In this document: positions 24,401 through 37,852 of the stretch, one piece after another | Numbering within the stretch: position 1 is the first letter of the stretch | How the letters are laid out: each line of letters opens with the position of its first letter | Program-made: the position numbers and the translations under genes | DNA from: Vicugna vicugna | Taxonomy: Eukaryota | Direction: 5' to 3' | Assembly (NCBI GenBank): GCA_013265495.1 | Contig: MU057651.1 | Span: 1,437,674-1,501,673 of the forward strand | DNA: 64,000 nucleotides | The notes under the pieces: model-generated | Told to the model about the DNA's origin: nothing | Seen by the model: the letters and a program-made list of their open reading frames with translations, nothing else | Databases searched by the model: none

Positions 24401-25309
24401 CTGATCTCCAAAAAGAATCCATCCCTACCATGAGCTTCATCAGCAAGAGCTCATATTAAACTTTCAATTCATCTAACTTCACTTGTTCTATTTCCATGCT
24501 TGCATAGTAACACTCTAATATGTCCAACTGCCTACAAGGAGAGAATACTTAAAAAACACTCAAGGCTCAGTTTCCTCCTCTGTCACAGAGGGATTACAAC
24601 AGTACTATCTCCTAGGGTGGATGTGAGGATTAAATGTTTGAAGCACTGAGTTCAGTGTCTGGCACACTGTAAGGAATAAAATGAGTTACTGATAGCATCA
24701 TCCTTCTTGGATGCCCTTTCTGTTCTCCTCTCACTGCAAATTCCATCCAGGCCCATAGCAAGTTCTATTTCCTCCACAAAGCCTCCTCCAATAACTCCAA
24801 CATAACACCTCTTGTTTTTCCAATGGCCTGTACAACTCATTAGGTACATAGATTTTACTTAATTTGGGATATTAAATGGGTCCCTGCTGCTGCACACAGT
24901 GTTGTAATAGATTGAGAACTAGGATCTGATCGATTGTTCCTCACTGGTGAGTCACTGAACAAAGTCCAAAGTCGTTTGTAGGGTAACTGAGGCCCTCAAC
25001 ATTATGGTCCTTAGCGACCTCAGCTGTTTTGCCAGTTTTTATTTTCCACTGTGGCCTCAGGTTTTCACCATGAACCTCAGTTTCTACATTCTAAAATGGA
25101 AAAGAATAATAGTACTTGCCTCCAATATCATAAACTCACCTGTTGTTTCTATGCAGATAACAGATGTTTTCTGGGTATTTCCATCTGGATGTCATACAGG
25201 TATCTCAGACCTAACATGCCTAAATCTGAACTTGCCATCTTCTTTTCCTAACCTCTTCCCTGGCTAACTGCTCCCTCAAAAAATTCGAGAGAAGGGACAG
25301 CTCCTCCAA

Positions 25310-26060
25310 CAGTAGAATTCCAACTGATAAAGGCAGAAGGCAGGGCGGGGGGAATAAACACTAGGCAAACATTGCAGCGATAACTGATGCAAGCAAGAAC
25401 CACTGAAAGATGCTGATTAGTAATGAAAGATTATCATTTTTGCACAGGAAATATTTGTTGATTACAAAGGAAGAATAGCAACTTTATGGTAGAGGAATCT
25501 GGGAGACACTACCTTAGCCAAGTGACCAAGGTTAACATCACCAGTAATAACACATAGCTTCATATACCCCCTGATATGATGTACCAAGAAGGGGACAATA
25601 TCACTTCTGTGGTATTTTTGCCCAAATTACCCAAATCTAATAATGAAAACAGATAAGTCCAAATAAGTCCAAATAAGGAACATTTTACAAAGTAACTGAC
25701 CAGGACTCTTCAATACTGACAAGGTAATGAAAGAGACTGAGGAACTGTCATGGATGGAGGAGACTAAGAAGATGTAAGAACCAAGTACAATGTGGGATCT
25801 TGGATTGGGTCCTGGAACAAAGGACATTTGTAGAAAACCTGGTGAAATCAGAATAAAGTCTACAGTTGAATTCAAGCATCAATGCTCATTTCTCAGTTTT
25901 AAGAATTTTAACAAGAAAAAAAAGGAATTTTAACATGTTTATACAAGATGTTAACATTAGGGGAAGTTGAAGAAAGGATATACAGAAATTCTCTGTAAAA
26001 TCTTTACAACTTTTCTGTAAATCAAAAATCATTTTAAAATACAAAGTTTAAAAAAAAAGT
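25310..26060 (+). mobile_element. L1MC/MD-like 3'UTR
   Basis: ccaagtgaccaaggttaacatcaccagtaat..tgggatcttggattgggtcctggaaca..aaagtttaaaaaaaa. Confidence 0.75.
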
Positions 26061-26379
26061 ATTGTTACCCAATCCATTAGCCTATCTTCAAACCTTAGAG
26101 CTGCTATCTTTGATGCCTCCCCTCTTTCTTAGCCCCCACATGCAGTCCCCAAGTCCTGTCATCTTGACACTTTAACCTTTTCAGTATATCTCAAATCCAT
26201 CCTCATGATCTTTTCCTAATTCAGTTCCTCTCATTTTCTTAAACTACTTAAGATCAGTTTCCTATCTGATCCTCAAGACTACAATGTCTCCCCTTCTTCA
26301 TTTTAGTTCATACAGTACTGCCAGGTTCCTATTCTTAAAACAGAGCCCTGATCATGTTATACTGCTCCTTAAATATCCC

Positions 26380-27940
26380 AGATGATAGATTCAACACAAT
26401 CTCTATCAGAATCTCGGCTGATGTCTTTATACAAACCGACAAGTTAATTCTAAAATTGATATGGAATTGCAAAGTACCCCAAGTAGCCAGAACAATCTTG
26501 AAAAGAAGAGTAAGTAGGAAGGCCCACACCACCTGATTTCAAAACTTACTATAAAGCAACAGTAATAAAGACACTGTGGTACTGGCATGAGGATAGACAT
26601 ATAGGCTAATGAATAGAATTGAAAAGTCTAAAAATTGACACTCACAACTGATTTTCAACAAGGGTGCTGAGACCATTCAATGGGGAAAGAGTCTCTCCAA
26701 CAAATGGTGCTGGGAAAACTGGATTTCCATATGTATAAGAATGAAGTCCGGACCCCTACCTCACAACCATATACAGAAATTAACTCAAAATCAATCAAAG
26801 ACCTAAATGTAAAAGCAAAAACTATAAAACTCTTAAAAGTAAATATAATGGTAAATCTTCATGATCTCGATTTAGCAATAGATTCTTAGATGTGACACCA
26901 AAAGCACGAACAACAAAAGATATAGGTAAACTGGATACAGGTAAACTGGACTTCATGAAAATTAAGGTATTTTGTGTTTCAAAGCATATTATCACGAAAG
27001 TAAAAATGACAGCCTAAAGAATAGAAGAAAATTTTTGCAAATCTTATCTCTGATAAGGGTCTATTATGCAGAATATATAAATAGCTCTCAAAGCTCAACA
27101 ATAAAAAGAAATTATCAAGTTAAAAAGTGGGCTAAGGATTCGAATAGACATTTTTTTCCAAAGACACACAAATGGCCAATATGCACATGAAAAGGTATTC
27201 AATATCATTAGTCATCAGGGAAATGCAAATCAAATCTACAATTAGATACCACTTCACACCCACAAGTAAGACTAAAATAAAAAAGACAATCACAAGTGTT
27301 CATGATGATGTGGAGAAATTGGAAAACTCATAACACTGCGTCGGGATGTAAAATGGTGCTGCAATATTGAAAACAGTTTGGCAGTTAATCAAATGGATAA
27401 ACAAAGACCAAGCAATTCCACTACTATGTATATATCCAAGAGAAATATTCACATAAAAACTTACACATGGATATAAGGATAGATATAAGGATGTCCAAAT
27501 ACTCATCAATGAAAGAATGGATAAACAAAATGTGGTATACCCATCCAATGGAATATTACTTGGCCACAAAAGGAGTGAAGTTCTCATACATGCTGCAACT
27601 TGGATGAACCTTAAAAATATTATACAGGTGAAAGAAGCCAGTCAAAACAAACCATATATTATATGACTCCATCTCTGAAATGTCCCCAGTACGCAAATCT
27701 ATAGAAGCAGAAAGCAGATTAGTTGTTGCTTACAGCTAGGGGGGTGGGGGAAGGACAGGTAGGAGAGTGATAGCTAAATGGTATGGAGCTTCTTTTTGAG
27801 GTGATGAAAAGGTTCTAAATTGACTGTGGTAATGGCTGTACATGCCTGTGAATATACTAAAAACCACTGATTGAACACTTTAAATGGGTGAAATGTACAG
27901 TAAATGAATTATATCTCAAAAAACTATTTTTTAAAAACAA
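26380..27940 (+). mobile_element. L1 ORF2 3' part plus 3'UTR (L1MB-like), frameshifted
   Basis: ORF 26354-26536 FNTISIRISADVFIQTDKLILKLIWNCKVPQVARTILK resembles L1 ORF2 and continues into L1 3'UTR motifs. Confidence 0.88.
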
Positions 27941-28290
27941 ACTTCATATGGCTTTTTATTGTCTGTTGAATAAAGTTCAAAATCCTTAATTTGGTATCCA
28001 AGTCTCTCCCCTCCATCATCATTTCACACCCCCTACACACCAGCATTATCACTCACTACCCTTTCTCACATGCTATCGAACCAAAATGAATTATTTACCA
28101 TTACCCAGATGCCTCATGTAGTTTTCCATCTTTGTCTTTCCTCTTGCTGTTCTTTTCCCCTGGATCCTCACAACTCACCTTTACATGTTGATACACTGCT
28201 TCTCTTATAAGGCCCAGTTTAAATACTCCCTCCTTACCCTTCCTTATTCTTCAACCCTCATATACTAGGCCCTCAAAAACTTATTTACTG

Positions 28291-28462
28291 GGGGCAGTGT
28301 ATAGCTCAAGTGGCAGAGTGCATGCTTAGCATGCATGAGGTTCTGGATTCATTCCCCAGTACCTCCTCTAAAAATAAAAAAGCCCTCATTATCTCTCCCA
28401 TCCCCCACCAAAATAAAACAATTAAATAAAACAATAATAAATAAATTAAATATTTTTTAAAC
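28291..28462 (+). mobile_element. Vic-1-type SINE
   Basis: gtatagctcaagtggcagagtgcatgcttagcatgc..; TSD cttatttactg at 28280-28290 and 28463-28473. Confidence 0.9.
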
Positions 28463-28676
28463 CTTATTTACTGAAAGAATAAGGGTAAGTAGTCCTCCCA
28501 CTGCCAGAGGATAATCCTCTTAAAGCTACAACTGTACTTATCACTTCCTTTCCTAGTCAGACAGATGCTCACAGCTTCAGCCCCCTTACTAAGCCCCTGA
28601 GAACGGTTCCAAACTGTTACTCTCTACCTCTCCCCAAACCCGGCTCTTGATGAAGAAAACCAACATTACATTATGT

Positions 28677-28804
28677 CAGGGCCACCGAGTATAGCTGTGT
28701 AGGTTGTGCACTGCACAACCCTAGTGGCGCCATTCAATTACAGTCTATGTGAATGGCACCCTCTCCTAGGGTTGTGCAGTGCATAGCCATTCGTGGCAGC
28801 CCTG
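28677..28804. mobile_element. MER91-type palindromic hAT-derived MITE underlying miR-652
   Basis: Terminal inverted ends cagggc..gccctg and an internal palindrome; miR-652 is known to derive from MER91C. Confidence 0.75.
28697..28794 (-). ncRNA. MIR652: pre-miR-652 hairpin; miR-652-3p at 28714-28734, miR-652-5p at 28750-28774
   Basis: The reverse complement contains CAACCCUAGGAGAGGGUGCCAUUCA and AAUGGCGCCACUAGGGUUGUG in a long near-perfect stem. It is in the same sense as the host gene, with a CNNC (CAGC) motif 17 nt downstream of the 3p end. Confidence 0.95.
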
Positions 28805-29083
28805 CTTGGAAACATCAGAATTTGTGAACAAAGCCCAAAAGTATATTCAATGAGAAGAAATAACTCTAACTATATTGCTGTTGAGAAGTGGGTATTTTCC
28901 AAATCTTAAGAAGATTAAAGAGAAACTTAGGAGAATAACATGGCCACAGCACATGCACAGTTTTTGCATGGAATTAGAAAACAGAAACATCCAAGAGAAA
29001 AATTGTCACTGATGTTTTTCCAGCAGTGGAGAGAGAAAAGGATACATGTTCTTGTCAATAAAAAGGTGTGATGTACCTACATA

Positions 29084-29587
29084 TGAGATGGGAGGGAAGT
29101 GGGCAGGGCACAACCATTAAAAGAATAACACAGCTACTGAGGATAGGACACAAACAGGTCAGAACCAACTAGGCCCAAGATGGCAGAAGATTTGACTTCC
29201 AGTAGACCTTGAGCCTCATTATACTCTTATTACTGTAAAATAAGCCTTGCAGATAAGAAGTACCTATCATGCACCAATGCCATGACACTACTAATCAGAC
29301 TAAATAAGGACAAAAATCCCTCACTGCCTTGGGAAGGTGGAGCTAGGATGAAAATCAGGAAATACAACCCCAAACCCCTCCCTCCCCAATAAATATTCTG
29401 CCCATTCATTTCTACACCCTATGTAACCAGCTTGCCAAAGAAATTGAGCACAGCTACTCACCTGAGTCTGCCCACTCTCCCCTTGAGTGTCTTATCACTT
29501 AATAAATCCTCACTTTACTTTCTTGACCTCCATGTTTCAGCTCTGAATTCTTTCTGTGAGGAGACAAAAACGTACTCTCTGGTAACA
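29084..29587 (+). mobile_element. Solo ERV1 LTR, MER41-like
   Basis: tgaga..ccaagatggc..cctcattatactc..aataaa..tgaattctttc..ctggtaaca; near TSD cata/catg. Confidence 0.7.
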
Positions 29588-30284
29588 CATGGTCTCCTCT
29601 CACATAAGACCCTTCAATTCCATTCAGTTCTGATTTTAGGTTATCAAATATGCCCCTGTTTAATTTGGCTTCAGGAATCTCGCTATCAGGAAGGGTATGA
29701 CCTGGCTGATAGACACAAGTGTTATGTGTCTATACAGATCTCTCTCCCCTCATCAATTCATTCATTTGACTTGTGGTTTATCAAGCAGTCTTTTGCAAGG
29801 TTGGGGAGTGTGAAACCAACATCCCTAGGCAAGCTAATTAGACTCTGAATCCACCAACCAAACTGCAGAGTTAGGATCCATGTCATCTCCACCAAGGCAC
29901 AGACACCCTCTAAATCCCAGTCAGAGCAGCCAGCAACAAGCCCCCCTCTGACGACCACATCTAAACCACAAGCAGCAATGCAGGACACCAACAGGGAGCC
30001 AGAAAGGGCTGGACAGATTGGCTGTGAAAACAGGTGAGCAGAGTCCAAGTATGACAGATGTTGGATTTGTTCCTTCTTTTCTCCTCACTCCAGTTCAGTT
30101 CAGCCTCTCACTTTCCTATTTGCTCTACCTGGCATATTTCACTCCACTTCTTCTACCTCCTCCAGAGGGTTCCTGGATAACTCCTCCCCACCCCCCAGTT
30201 TGATCACTCCTTTTGTGAATGCCACTTGTACATACTGGTACTATACACGTCTCTCTCCACTAGTCTCCTACTGTTGTAAATAAT

Positions 30285-30313
30285 AATAGTAGTAGTGATG
30301 GTGGTGGTGGTGG

Positions 30314-30351
<38 letters not shown>
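30285..30351. repeat. Compound (TAG)(GGT)(GAT)n microsatellite at the end of a minus-strand MIR (~30355-30590)
   Basis: Direct reading. Confidence 0.9.
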
Positions 30352-32244
30352 GCAGCAACTGTTCTTTATTGAGTGCTTCACTATGTGCCTGGTACTATAT
30401 TTGTGTATTCCTCATAGTAACCCTATGAAGTAAGTGCTATTCTCCACCCCACCTCACTGCCATTTACATATGAGGAAACTGAGCAAAGGAAAGGTCAAAT
30501 AACTTGCCTAATGTCATACCACTCAGTAAATAAAAGAGTCAGGCCTTGAACCTAAAACTGTCTGATTCCAAGGACCACGTTTGTAGCCAAAACTACCTTT
30601 TGTCTCCCTCATTTGTCTTCTGAGGAGTTTCCTCTGCCTCCACTCTCTGCAGTGCCTAACAAAGTGTCAGACACAGAGAAGTTCCCTAAGAGACATGTGC
30701 CAGTGTGACTTGGCTTCTTGGCCAGAGCCCAGCCCAAGAGGCAAGCTGGAAGAGAAGGGAAGAGGGGTGGTGAGGACAGAGAGGCTTGACCTTTCGGGGA
30801 GCCTTGGAAGCCCTCCTCCTCTGATCCATTTAAGATAGGCTCACACTGCCCACCTTGACCTCAATCCCAGAAAAATATTTAGAACAGGGTGACCTGGTTG
30901 TCTTAAAACTCTTCCAGACAACTCCAAAGGAACAGAGCCCAGGCCAACCTGTGAGACAGATGGATGGTATCCAACTCCTGCAAGAACCAACTGTGTCAGG
31001 GTCACAGCCACATGAGCCAGCAAATGTTTGCAGAGCTCTGCCACTGGGAAGCTATGCAAGTATGGTCAAGGATTGGGGCACTAGAGGCAAACAAGAGTAT
31101 TTTTAAGGAAGGGAGGTTTTATATATATATCTCATTAAGCCTCAGTTTCCTCATCTCTAGCAATGGGAATAAAAACACCTACCCCTTTAAGGGTTGCTAA
31201 GTTATAAAATGAGAATGTAATAAAAAGTACCTATCATCTAGTGCCTGCATCAGTTTGTCCTTGCTGGGGTTCTGGGCACACACAGAGATACAGGACACAG
31301 ATCATGTCTGCAAGTTCACAATCCATTTGACAAAGGTCTTCTGGTCTAGATTATTGCCAGCACTCTGTCAACCAGTTATAAAGCTGGCTGGTAGATGACC
31401 CTAACTCTCAACAGGCCATTTTGTCAGATGAGAATTATGGCAGGAAAGAAGAAAACTACTGGCAAGAATAATGGTTGGTGTTTATGTCTTTGCTTCTAAT
31501 TTCCCATCCACATCTCATATTAGGAAACTGGGGACAAAAAAACAGCAGATTAGGGGTCACGGGTTGGAGGGAATTATACATGCCGTTCTAGTCCTTTCAT
31601 ATTAGCTTGAGTTTTTATATCACAACCAATCAAACATAAAATCTGAAGGAAAAACATGTTTATGGTGGTTACCTCTGAGACACAGACTTCGAGGGGACTC
31701 TGCTACATGTCATATTCTTGTAATGTTTCGGGTTTGGACCATAGGCGTTGTATTGCCTTAATGTTAGAAAAACACAGTTAAAAAGGGAATGTCACAAAGA
31801 ATAAAAATATGGCACCCAACTCTGCTAACCTCCTGGAGTACAGAAGGGAGTCAGCTAGAAGTCAGAACAGGTTCAAAAACCCGGAAAGCTCTGTCCGAAC
31901 AGTACTAGGGAAAGTGAAATTGCTGTGCCTCCCCACAGATAAGCTCCTTCTTCAGGCAACTGGAAAGATTTATTTTAATCCCCAAGACTGCCTCAAGCCA
32001 CTGTTATGGCCCAGACACCAAGCCAGCTGGATAATTGGATATTTTTTTTTGAAGGGAAGGTGCCACTCTTTTGTATGTGACAGTAATGACAGGACAGTCA
32101 CAGTGAGACTCTTTAACTCCTCAAGCTTTACTGATCGTTACATCTTCTAGGCAGGAAAAACTAAGGTACAGAAAAGTTGATCCTATTTCCTCACATATCT
32201 CAAAGAGCCCAGAACCCAGCTGTTTGGCTTTGCTATTAAAACTC

Positions 32245-32425
32245 AATGGTTCTAAATGCTGAATGCACACTAGAATCACCTAGGCAGTTAATTTAAAATA
32301 AAATCCCAATTCCTGGGGCCCATTTCTCAAGATCCCAACTTAACTGGTCAGGTGTGGGACATGGGAAGCAGTATTTTAGAGCATCCCAGGTGATTTCAAG
32401 GTATAGCCAGGTTCACGAACCCCAG
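32245..32425. mobile_element. MER5-like hAT relic
   Basis: caatggttct..tagaatcacct..cccaggtgatt..gaaccccag. Confidence 0.6.
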
Positions 32426-35400
32426 CTCTACCCACTGCTGAGTACCCCAGTGTTCTTGGAGAACTCTCAGTCACTATTTTTTAAATTCTTCTTTAAGCAG
32501 TATACTCCCCTCAAAAAAAAAAAAGGCAGACCAAAGAAGTCTGTAACCTAGACAATAAGCTGGGAGCACAAAGAGATAGGACTTCTGTGACTTGCAACCA
32601 AAGGAAGGTGAAGACAAAAAGTGGACACCTAAGAATGGACCAGAAACAAGAGAACAAAAAGCTTGGCATCTGAGCACCTGCCCGAACATCAGGGCATCAA
32701 ACTCCTGCTTCATCTTCCGGCCTGGGTACCTTGACACTCCTGCCCTCCAGATGGAAAGCAACCCTGAATTAGCAAAGTAAACTCTTAAAAACACACTTTC
32801 TTCTTAACTGAACTTCTGAGAAAAAATAGGGATGTCTGTTTTTACAGAGGTCATGGACCAAGTTTTTCCCCCTGCGGCCTTCTCTCGCTTCCCTACCTGC
32901 GTCTGCCCCTGTGTCTCAAAGCAGAATAACAATGAAACATGAAATCAGCATGGGCTTGGAGTTTTGGAAAGCACTCTTCCTCTGCTCTTCCTCCGTCTGT
33001 GCTCTGACCCTAGAGCTTGGGTTTTGTTCCCAGCGAGGGAAGCACTGAGATGGATGAAAGGGCTGGGGACGCATGGAGTTGGCCTTTTGTTCCCTTTCTA
33101 CAGTCAGGGGCTATTCTGGAAAGCAGCATCAAAAGAAAACTTCAGCCTGGGATGAGCTGAAATTGGACAAAATGTGATGAGGCATAAATGTGAAAAAAAA
33201 GAAAAAAAAAGAAAAGAAAAAAAGGGAAAAGGAGCCTTTCTTTACCAGAAGGGGCTCTTTTCTGAAAACTGCCTCAAATTATAACACTTTCCACATTTGG
33301 TTCCCTCCAGGAAGCTTTGCATTGTTACCTAGAACCCAAACGCTTTCTGTCATATTATGAGGAATTGAGGTAGATGCGAATGGCCCAGAATTTGGTGGCG
33401 CGTGGCTTCAGGAATAGCTGTTCTAGGCTCATTCTGTTTCCTTCAGTCCAGACAGACAGACAGACAGATGAGAGTTTATTCAGAGTGACCTTAAAGAAGA
33501 CGCACAGCAGCAACACTGCGATGGACTAAAAAACATTGGCGGTTTGAGGGCACACAAAGCTGTCCATTATCTTTTCTTAAAGGGGCACAATGAATGCTGC
33601 TTTCCTTTCTTACTCATGATGACATTGGCCCACCAGTCTCCAAGGACTCTAGGTGGCCCAGTGGAAGGAGGCTTGGCTCTCGTAAGCCTTTGAGGTTGGC
33701 TTTGGGACTTTCAATCTTTTTAATTAGCCACCTGCTGGCTTGTCTTCTTACCGGCAGGGAGAAGTACCCAGCCTGATGTGGGACTCCTGGAGTGTGTTGT
33801 ACAGGAAGGCAGATGAGAAATGAGCTATGCCGTCCTCTCCAGCCAACCACATCCCTTCCACAAGAATCCAACCTGGAAAAGCCCTGCTTTCCTTGCAACT
33901 TCCTCTCCAGGGGCCAACAGATGGGCCTTTTTCTCCTAAATGCCTTTGAACTTTACTTAGGTGACCCACTAGGCTGTGTCCTTTAATTCAGTCCTATGGC
34001 ATTCTCTTCTGAGCAGAAGAAACCCGTAAGAATCATGACCAGAAGTGCAAATAACATTAAACAACAGGTATTTAAGGTCCCTGGGTAATTTTTAATAGCT
34101 GAGGCAGGGCCTCAAACCAAATGGCCTTGAAGGGCCCTCCTAAGCTCTACAGGGGCTCCTTAAAACTAATAATAGTAACTAACAACAACCATCACCTCAT
34201 TTATCAAACCACATGCTTACCAATCAAATGCTTGATGGTATAAAAAATTTTCTAAATGGTATTATCACACCAGCAGAGTGATTTCAGCAAATTGCATAAT
34301 CAAGAAATACCCACTGAGCACTCAGTCATGTTCTATACTCTCTGCAGATGTGGAATCCTAGAGTAATGAAGAGCCATCTGTTATGTCTCAATTCTGTAAG
34401 CAGTGCCTTGGGTGAGCCGTACTCCCTGAGCTTTCCCCCAGGCCCCGCATTAATGAGCCAAACCCAAATTACAGAATGTACTTTTTGCATTGCTTCATCC
34501 TCCTGTTTACCCTAATCTATTTGCTAATAGTGACCCTGATCAAATGATTTGAGACCCTCAGATTTCCACAGAAGGATGAGTTGTTCCAATGCATGCAGAC
34601 TTTATTTACAGAACATACAGCTCTGGAAGAAGATACAATGGCCTGGGAATCAGAAGCCTTAGGTTTAAATTCCAGAATACCTGCTAACTAAAGTATGGAC
34701 CTGGGCAAAAACCCTGCCCTCTCTAAACCTCAAAGTCCACATCTGAAAAAAGAGAGTTGGACCAGATTTGTGCTTCTCAGACCGGTTTAGCAGCCTACGA
34801 GTATGTCTCACCAGGCAAGAGAGGTGAGGCAAGGGATTTATTACGGAATAAAAGTTAAGAGCACTGAAGTTTGCAAATTATCTACATATCTTTTCATCTG
34901 TATCTTATCCCTCTGATAGTCTACCCTTTCTCACATGCAAAACACTTTTATATGCTTTCTTGAGTCAGAGAGCAGAAGTGAGTTATAGATACAGCAGTTG
35001 GGAATTCTACATGACCCAAATATTATCTTCTTATTGATGCAGCCCTCAACTTAGTCTCCTGAGCACACAAAGACCATCATGTGTATAGCAGCTACAAGAA
35101 GGTTGACAACCCCTGGACTAAATCATTCGTGCACTTGCCATATTATTAAGAACTTTGCCTTGATATTATAGCGTGCCAGGGGAAACCTGTAAGAAGTAAT
35201 GCTGGAAGGGAGAGCAGAAGCCAGCACTCAAGGTCTAGGAAGCCACATGAGGGAGTATGAAATGTTCCCTCCGACAATAAATCCCCATGATTCTGCTCAG
35301 AGAGTGAAACTCGGATGTGTGCAGAGGATCCCAGGTCTGAAACTCTGGTGCTTTTTCCCATAAAAACACTGTTAGGGATCCTGGTTAGGGGCCGAGGGAC

Positions 35401-36144
35401 TGTACTTCCATTCCATTTCAGATCAAATAGGCTTTTGCTGGCTGGTCTGGTAACCGGACCCCCAAGAATACTGTATCCATGGGAAAATGCAATCTGAATT
35501 CTAAACAGACTTCCGAAGAAACTTTTGGAACAAAACCCATTCAACAGTTGTTGGGGAATGCCTGGAAAGCAATGAAACACAGGACCTTGCTTTCCTCCAT
35601 GGAGCCAGTGTTTGAAAAAAAAGACTGAACACTGCAATCACTATCTTAAAATAAACACAATATTCTCATTTTGATTAGTAGGATTATACCTACGTGCAAG
35701 CACTTAGTGGCATCATGGAATGTCTATTTATATATTTAAATTACCACAAAACCCCAAATATGTTGGAGATGACCAGCTATTTTTCACTCTAAATAAAGAC
35801 AATGCAGAAATGGGGAAGAGGGTGGTCTCTTTAGAAGGAAACATGGATGCAAACCAAATCTGTAACTTATACACAATTTTCCTGTGTCCCTGCCCAATCA
35901 ACTCCCAATTATTCAGGCAGCAATTCAACAAATATTTGAATGCTAAGTGCCATCTAAGTTTGCATGCTAGTGTCTCCATTTTCCTTCATTTCCCTTTCGA
36001 TAGAAAATCCCTATATGCTTGCTCTTGAAAAAACACCCCACTTTCCCCACCTACTCACTTGGCCTACTAACAGTGAGGGATAATGGAAGTGTTGGTAATT
36101 TCCCAGAACTACACTCCAAATCCCCTCAGGTCCTTTTACATACA

Positions 36145-36340
36145 GAGTAGTCACTCTCAAAGTTCAATGTGTATACAGATCACCTAGAAAGGGGTGGGTT
36201 AAAATTCATTTTCACAGGTCAATTCCCTTTCCCCTTATCTGGACTCAATAGGGCTGGGGTAGGGCTCAGGAATCAGCAATTTTCATAGGCACCCAAGGTG
36301 ACTGATGCAAACGGCTTAAGAACCAAACTTTAGAAATTGC
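36145..36340. mobile_element. MER5-like hAT relic
   Basis: ctctcaaa..gatcacct..ctcaggaatc..ccaaggtgactgatgca..actttagaa. Confidence 0.55.
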
Positions 36341-37132
36341 ACGGCAGATATTTTAGCTAGCTTGAGTTCCCAACCCTGAACTGAGAATAACCATTTGCCA
36401 ATCAGAAAGCTGGGCAATCTGATGTGAGACACTGACAGAAGGTAAAATCGACGCGAGAGAAAAGACAGCATCCTAGTCAACTTGCCCCCAACTGTATTTT
36501 AGTTTTTAAAAATTCCATATTTTCACTTTAATCCAAGCAGATGGCAGTGCCTTTCCAGCAATCTCCTACTGGCACCAGAAAAGGAACTCCACAGAGACCA
36601 TTTAGAAGGAAGGTATAAAAGTGGGAGAAGAAACAATGTTAATTTGCTTGGCCCTGCCTCAACTTTTTTTCAGCCTCCTTACCTCTCCTGATGGTTGGTT
36701 TCCATTTCTGGAACTCAGTGCTGCTTTGGCAGAGAACAGAGGCCAAGCTGGGGAGGTCTTTTCATTACTCACATTAATGTTTTCCTCTGTTACATGAATA
36801 ATCAAGAGTTGACTGGAAAGAGGAATAAATGAAAGGCAAATATTCTACTGAGAGGTTAAATAGGATAAAGAAGGCCCCCTGTTGGTTGAGAGCTGTGAGG
36901 TGGCAAGTGAACAGTCAGAATCCCTGCCTCTTTTCATTCTCACTGTTTGCCAGGAACACAGATTTAAAGCCCATAATGTCAGCACTAAGCTTAAGAGAAA
37001 TAATCAGGTATCTGTGTTTTTCTATAACACTCAGAAGAGTCTTCAGCACTTAACGTTAACCCTAAATGTTAACCAACCATTGTTGATTCAGCCCCAAAGT
37101 CTACAACTGTAGACCTAGATCTGGTCTGACAA

Positions 37133-37852
37133 TTTATTTTATTATGGTAAGAACATTTAACATTAATTAGTTCTATCCTCTTAAATTTAGAAGTGTGCAA
37201 TACACTATTGTTAACTACAGGTAACGTCATGTAGCAGATTTCTAGAACGTGTTCATCTTATGTAATTGAAATTTTCTGCTCATTGATTAGAAATTTCCCA
37301 GCCCCTGGTAACCCTTTCTTCCCAGCTTCTAGTAACCATCTTCTACTCTGATTCTATATATTTGACTATTTAAATACCTCATAGAACTGGAAGCATGTAG
37401 TATTTGTCCTTCTGGGACTGCCTTATTTCATTTACCATAATATCCTCAAGGTGCATCCATGTCATAGCATATGACAGGATTTCTTCCTTATTAAGACTGA
37501 ATAATATTCCATCGTGCATATATATTTTTTCTTTATCCACTCAACCATCAGTGGATGATATCTGGATCATTTCTACACCTTGGCTATTGTGAATAGTGCT
37601 GCAATGAACTCTGGAGTGCTAATACCTCTTTGAGATCCTGATTCCAATTCTTTCGGCTAAATACCCAGAAGTGGAATTGCTGGATCATATGGCAGTTCTA
37701 TTTTTGAGGAATCTCCGTACTGTTTTCCATAGCAGCTGTACCATTTTGCATTCCCATCAGCAGTGTACAAGGGTTCCAATTTCTCTACATCCTCACTAAC
37801 ACTTATCTCTTTTTTTTTCTTGCTATTATTAAAAAAATTGAAACACAAATGT
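37133..37852 (-). mobile_element. L1MA-like 3' end in host-sense orientation
   Basis: ORF 37657-37863 [31 protein letters not shown] resembles the L1 ORF2 C-terminus; TSD tggtctgacaa at 37122-37132 and 37853-37863. Confidence 0.88.

Noticed and set aside
29432..29848. 138-aa plus-strand ORF
   Set aside because: Starts inside a solo LTR, has a non-ATG start and shows no gag, pol or env similarity.
35146..35637. Longest ORF in the track (163 aa, minus strand)
   Set aside because: No recognisable homology or convincing splice context; consistent with chance.
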